DNA of 36,820 nt from a virus. Its lineage: Duplodnaviria > Caudoviricetes. The first letter of the stretch is position 1. Each line of letters begins with the position of its first letter. The stretch is taken from IMG/VR virus record IMGVR_UViG_3300032084_000368, positions 1 through 36,820 of that record. One strand, written 5' to 3'. Of this stretch, positions 34,562-36,820 are shown in pieces. Position numbers and translations under genes: made by a program. The notes beneath the pieces are model-generated. The model was not told the DNA's origin. It saw only the letters and a list, made by a program, of their open reading frames with translations, and made no database searches.

Positions 34562-34991
34562 AGATTATAATCATTTAGTTAAATGGTGGGCACAATACGA
34601 TTTTGGTACTGTTCCTAAGCAATGTTTACCTCCTGAAGGTATTATAGTAGAAAATGATAACACACCTATATGTGCTGGAGGTTTATATAGATGTATAAAT
34701 TCAAACTTTGGTGTAATGGAATGGATTGTTGCTGATAAATTTGCACCATTGAAAGTAACACATAAAGCATTAAATTTATGTATACAAGAACTTTTATTAT
34801 TAGCTAAAAAATATAAAATAGAATTAGTATATTCAATGACTGCTAATAAATCTTTACATAAAAGATATACAAAATATCATAATATGAAATTAGTTGAAGA
34901 ACATGTTAAAACTTTTTTAAGTGATTTAAGTGGTAAATATAATAATTTAGAATGGATTACAAGTGAGGAAATATTAAATGGCAATAGATAA
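34533..34991 (+). CDS. GNAT-fold acetyltransferase-like protein
   Basis: 152 aa; GIIVE...PICAGGLY...GVMEWIVAD strands, then a helix and a LAKKYKIELVYSM pattern. Confidence 0.55.
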   Translation: MKSRLWNLDKDYNHLVKWWAQYDFGTVPKQCLPPEGIIVENDNTPICAGGLYRCINSNFGVMEWIVADKFAPLKVTHKALNLCIQELLLLAKKYKIELVYSMTANKSLHKRYTKYHNMKLVEEHVKTFLSDLSGKYNNLEWITSEEILNGNR

Positions 34992-35520
34992 TATGCAAGG
35001 TAAAGTATCTACAACAGGAATGATGAATCAAAAACCATCAGTTCCAAAAGCACCTAACTTAGCTAGTTTAGGTAAAAGAGAAACTGCACCTGCACCAAAA
35101 CAAACTACGCCACCAGCATCAGCTGGAACAACAAATACTTTAAAAGAACAATTTCCCGAAGCAAGCGAAACAGAATTAATGTTTGCTGAAAGGGCAAAAA
35201 GTTTAACCGATGAGGATCAAGCAGCATTACAAGCTGTTTTATCCCCATCTGTTAAAAATGCATTAGGTAAAATTATACCTGAATTTAAACCAGTAATGGA
35301 TCAATTTGGAAGTAATGAACCTAATGTAGTCTTACCTGTATCTATCGTATCTAATTACGCAAAAAGAAGATATGGTGGAAATGACGATGAAGCACTTGCT
35401 GCTTTTATTGAAGATGTATCAGGTCAGATGGAAACACAACAACAAACAAATGTGCCACCTAGTCAACCTACAGAAACTGCAGGTTTAATGACTAGCCCAC
35501 AAAATATGGAACAAGTTTAG
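34978..35520 (+). CDS. Hypothetical head-module protein
   Basis: 180 aa, GAGG RBS, Pro/Gln-rich ends. Confidence 0.7.
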   Translation: MAIDNMQGKVSTTGMMNQKPSVPKAPNLASLGKRETAPAPKQTTPPASAGTTNTLKEQFPEASETELMFAERAKSLTDEDQAALQAVLSPSVKNALGKIIPEFKPVMDQFGSNEPNVVLPVSIVSNYAKRRYGGNDDEALAAFIEDVSGQMETQQQTNVPPSQPTETAGLMTSPQNMEQV

Positions 35521-35564
35521 AGCTACCCTTATCCATAAGGCACTCAACCCAAGAGGTAAAAATA

Positions 35565-36494
35565 ATGGAAGAAGAAAAAAAAGTTTCTGAAGAAACTAAA
35601 GTTAAAATGCCTAATCCAAATCCTTACAAAAAGGATAGAGGAGAAGATGATGCTGAAGTAGAAGCATTTGCTAAAGGTGAATTAGCTAAGTTTCAAAGGG
35701 AACAACAACAAAACAAAGCAGAAGCAGCAACCGAGCAGAAGGACACCGATGCATCTGAAGAGACTGCAGAACCTAAAGATCAAAAGGCTACTCCTATCGC
35801 TGAACGCCCTGCAAAAGCTGAAGATCGTGTTTTTAAGAAACGTTATGACGATTTGAAAAAACACTATGATTCTACACTTAATAAACACAAGGAAGAAGTC
35901 AGAACCTTGCGTTCTCAATTAGAATCAAGTACTAAACAATTTGTGCCACCTAAGTCAAAAGAAGAATTAGAGGCATGGAGAAAAGAGTACCCTGATGTTT
36001 ATGATATGGTTGAAACCATAGCTATAAACAAAGCAACTACTCAGACTGCAGAACTTGAGGATAAATATAAAAATCTTCAACTCCAGCAAGAACAAATTGC
36101 AAAAGAAAAAGCAGAAGTAGAACTTTTAAAATTGCATCCTGACTTTACTGAAATTAGATCGCAAGATTCATTTCATGAATGGGCTGCAAATCAAGATCCA
36201 ACTATTCAAGGTTGGTTGTATGAAAATACATCTAATGCTAAGTTAGCTGCTAGGGCTATTGATCTATATAAAATGGACAGTGGTCAAAGTAAACTAACTA
36301 AAAAAGAAGAGAAGGATGTTAAAAAAGAAGCTGCTAAAGCAATTTCTAAAACAAGAAAAAGTACTGAGTCCGATATTCCTAAAAAGAAAGTTTGGACAAC
36401 TAGTGAGATTTCTAAATTGAAACCTCATGAATTTGAGAAACATGAAAAAGACATTGACCTTGCTCGTTTAGAAGGTAGGATTGAACAACGTTAA
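35565..36494 (+). CDS. Capsid scaffolding protein
   Basis: Acidic coiled coil with FKKRYDDL and HPDF motifs, directly upstream of the capsid gene. Confidence 0.85.
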   Translation: MEEEKKVSEETKVKMPNPNPYKKDRGEDDAEVEAFAKGELAKFQREQQQNKAEAATEQKDTDASEETAEPKDQKATPIAERPAKAEDRVFKKRYDDLKKHYDSTLNKHKEEVRTLRSQLESSTKQFVPPKSKEELEAWRKEYPDVYDMVETIAINKATTQTAELEDKYKNLQLQQEQIAKEKAEVELLKLHPDFTEIRSQDSFHEWAANQDPTIQGWLYENTSNAKLAARAIDLYKMDSGQSKLTKKEEKDVKKEAAKAISKTRKSTESDIPKKKVWTTSEISKLKPHEFEKHEKDIDLARLEGRIEQR

Positions 36495-36524
36495 ACAATC
36501 TAACTAAACAATAAGGAGAAGCAT

Positions 36525-36820
36525 ATGGCTTTTACAAATGCTAGTGGATACAATAACCTTTCTCAAGGTAATTTTACTCCACAAATCTTTAGTCAGAAAG
36601 TTCAAAAATTCTTCAGAAGAGCATCAGTGGTAGAGGATATTACTAACACTGATTACGCTGGAGAAATTGAAAACTTTGGTGACACAGTAAAGATAATAAA
36701 AGAGCCTACAATCACAGTCAAAGATTATGCTAGAGGTCAAACAGTTGATACACAAATATTAGCTGATGACCAAATAACTATGACAGTTGATCAAGGTTCA
36801 TACTTTGCTTTTAAAGTAGA
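36525..36820 (+). CDS. Major capsid protein (5' part, truncated by the window edge)
   Basis: TAAGGAG RBS; MAFTNASGYNNLSQGNFTPQIFSQKVQKFF...ITNTDYAGEIENFGDTVKI, a P22-coat-like N-terminus. Confidence 0.9.
   Translation, partial: MAFTNASGYNNLSQGNFTPQIFSQKVQKFFRRASVVEDITNTDYAGEIENFGDTVKIIKEPTITVKDYARGQTVDTQILADDQITMTVDQGSYFAFKV

Noticed and set aside
1152-35918. Shadow ORFs in the ORF track (e.g. 1152-1397, 1198-1413, 3324-3584, 5492-5791, 5791-5997, 7626-7838, 8023-8376, 9919-10281, 10621-10806, 12502-12759, 13749-13982, 20650-20877, 21865-22134, 24780-25076, 29075-29329, 33877-34224, 35682-35918)
   Set aside because: They lie antisense to or within better-supported genes, lack an RBS, and have compositions that mirror the real frame.
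1-36820. Alternative genetic code or stop-codon readthrough
   Set aside because: Core genes are intact under the standard code, and TAA, TAG and TGA all end genes at sensible positions.

Overview
The window is most of the genome of an AT-rich tailed dsDNA bacteriophage, probably a marine podovirus of the HMO-2011/HTVC103P-like group. The main basis is a family A DNA polymerase with a DnaJ-type CxxCxGxG zinc-finger insertion; a SAR11-like alphaproteobacterial host is inference only. It has two oppositely transcribed arms. The + arm runs from a perfect sigma70 promoter at 27874 through TerS, TerL, portal, a Hint-domain protein, scaffold and the start of the major capsid gene. At the left end it presumably resumes with internal virion proteins, amidase and holins, a block of secreted/membrane proteins, seven small lysine-rich proteins and a GH73-like hydrolase, ending at a terminator near 11600. 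The - arm holds many small early genes under repeated sigma70 promoters, then primase, helicase, DNA polymerase, a putative SSB, a Cas4-like nuclease, a metallophosphoesterase and a gp1.7/DUF3310 protein. I saw no RNA polymerase, integrase, tRNA or CRISPR array. The most notable observations are: a Hedgehog-like (non-splicing) Hint domain fused directly to a glycine zipper beside a GNAT-like gene; a TAATG-coupled cassette of membrane and cationic micro-proteins, many missed by the ORF track, bracketed by two peptidoglycan hydrolases; and a structured, promoter-driven non-coding region at the arm junction. Family assignments come from motif recognition, not database searches.
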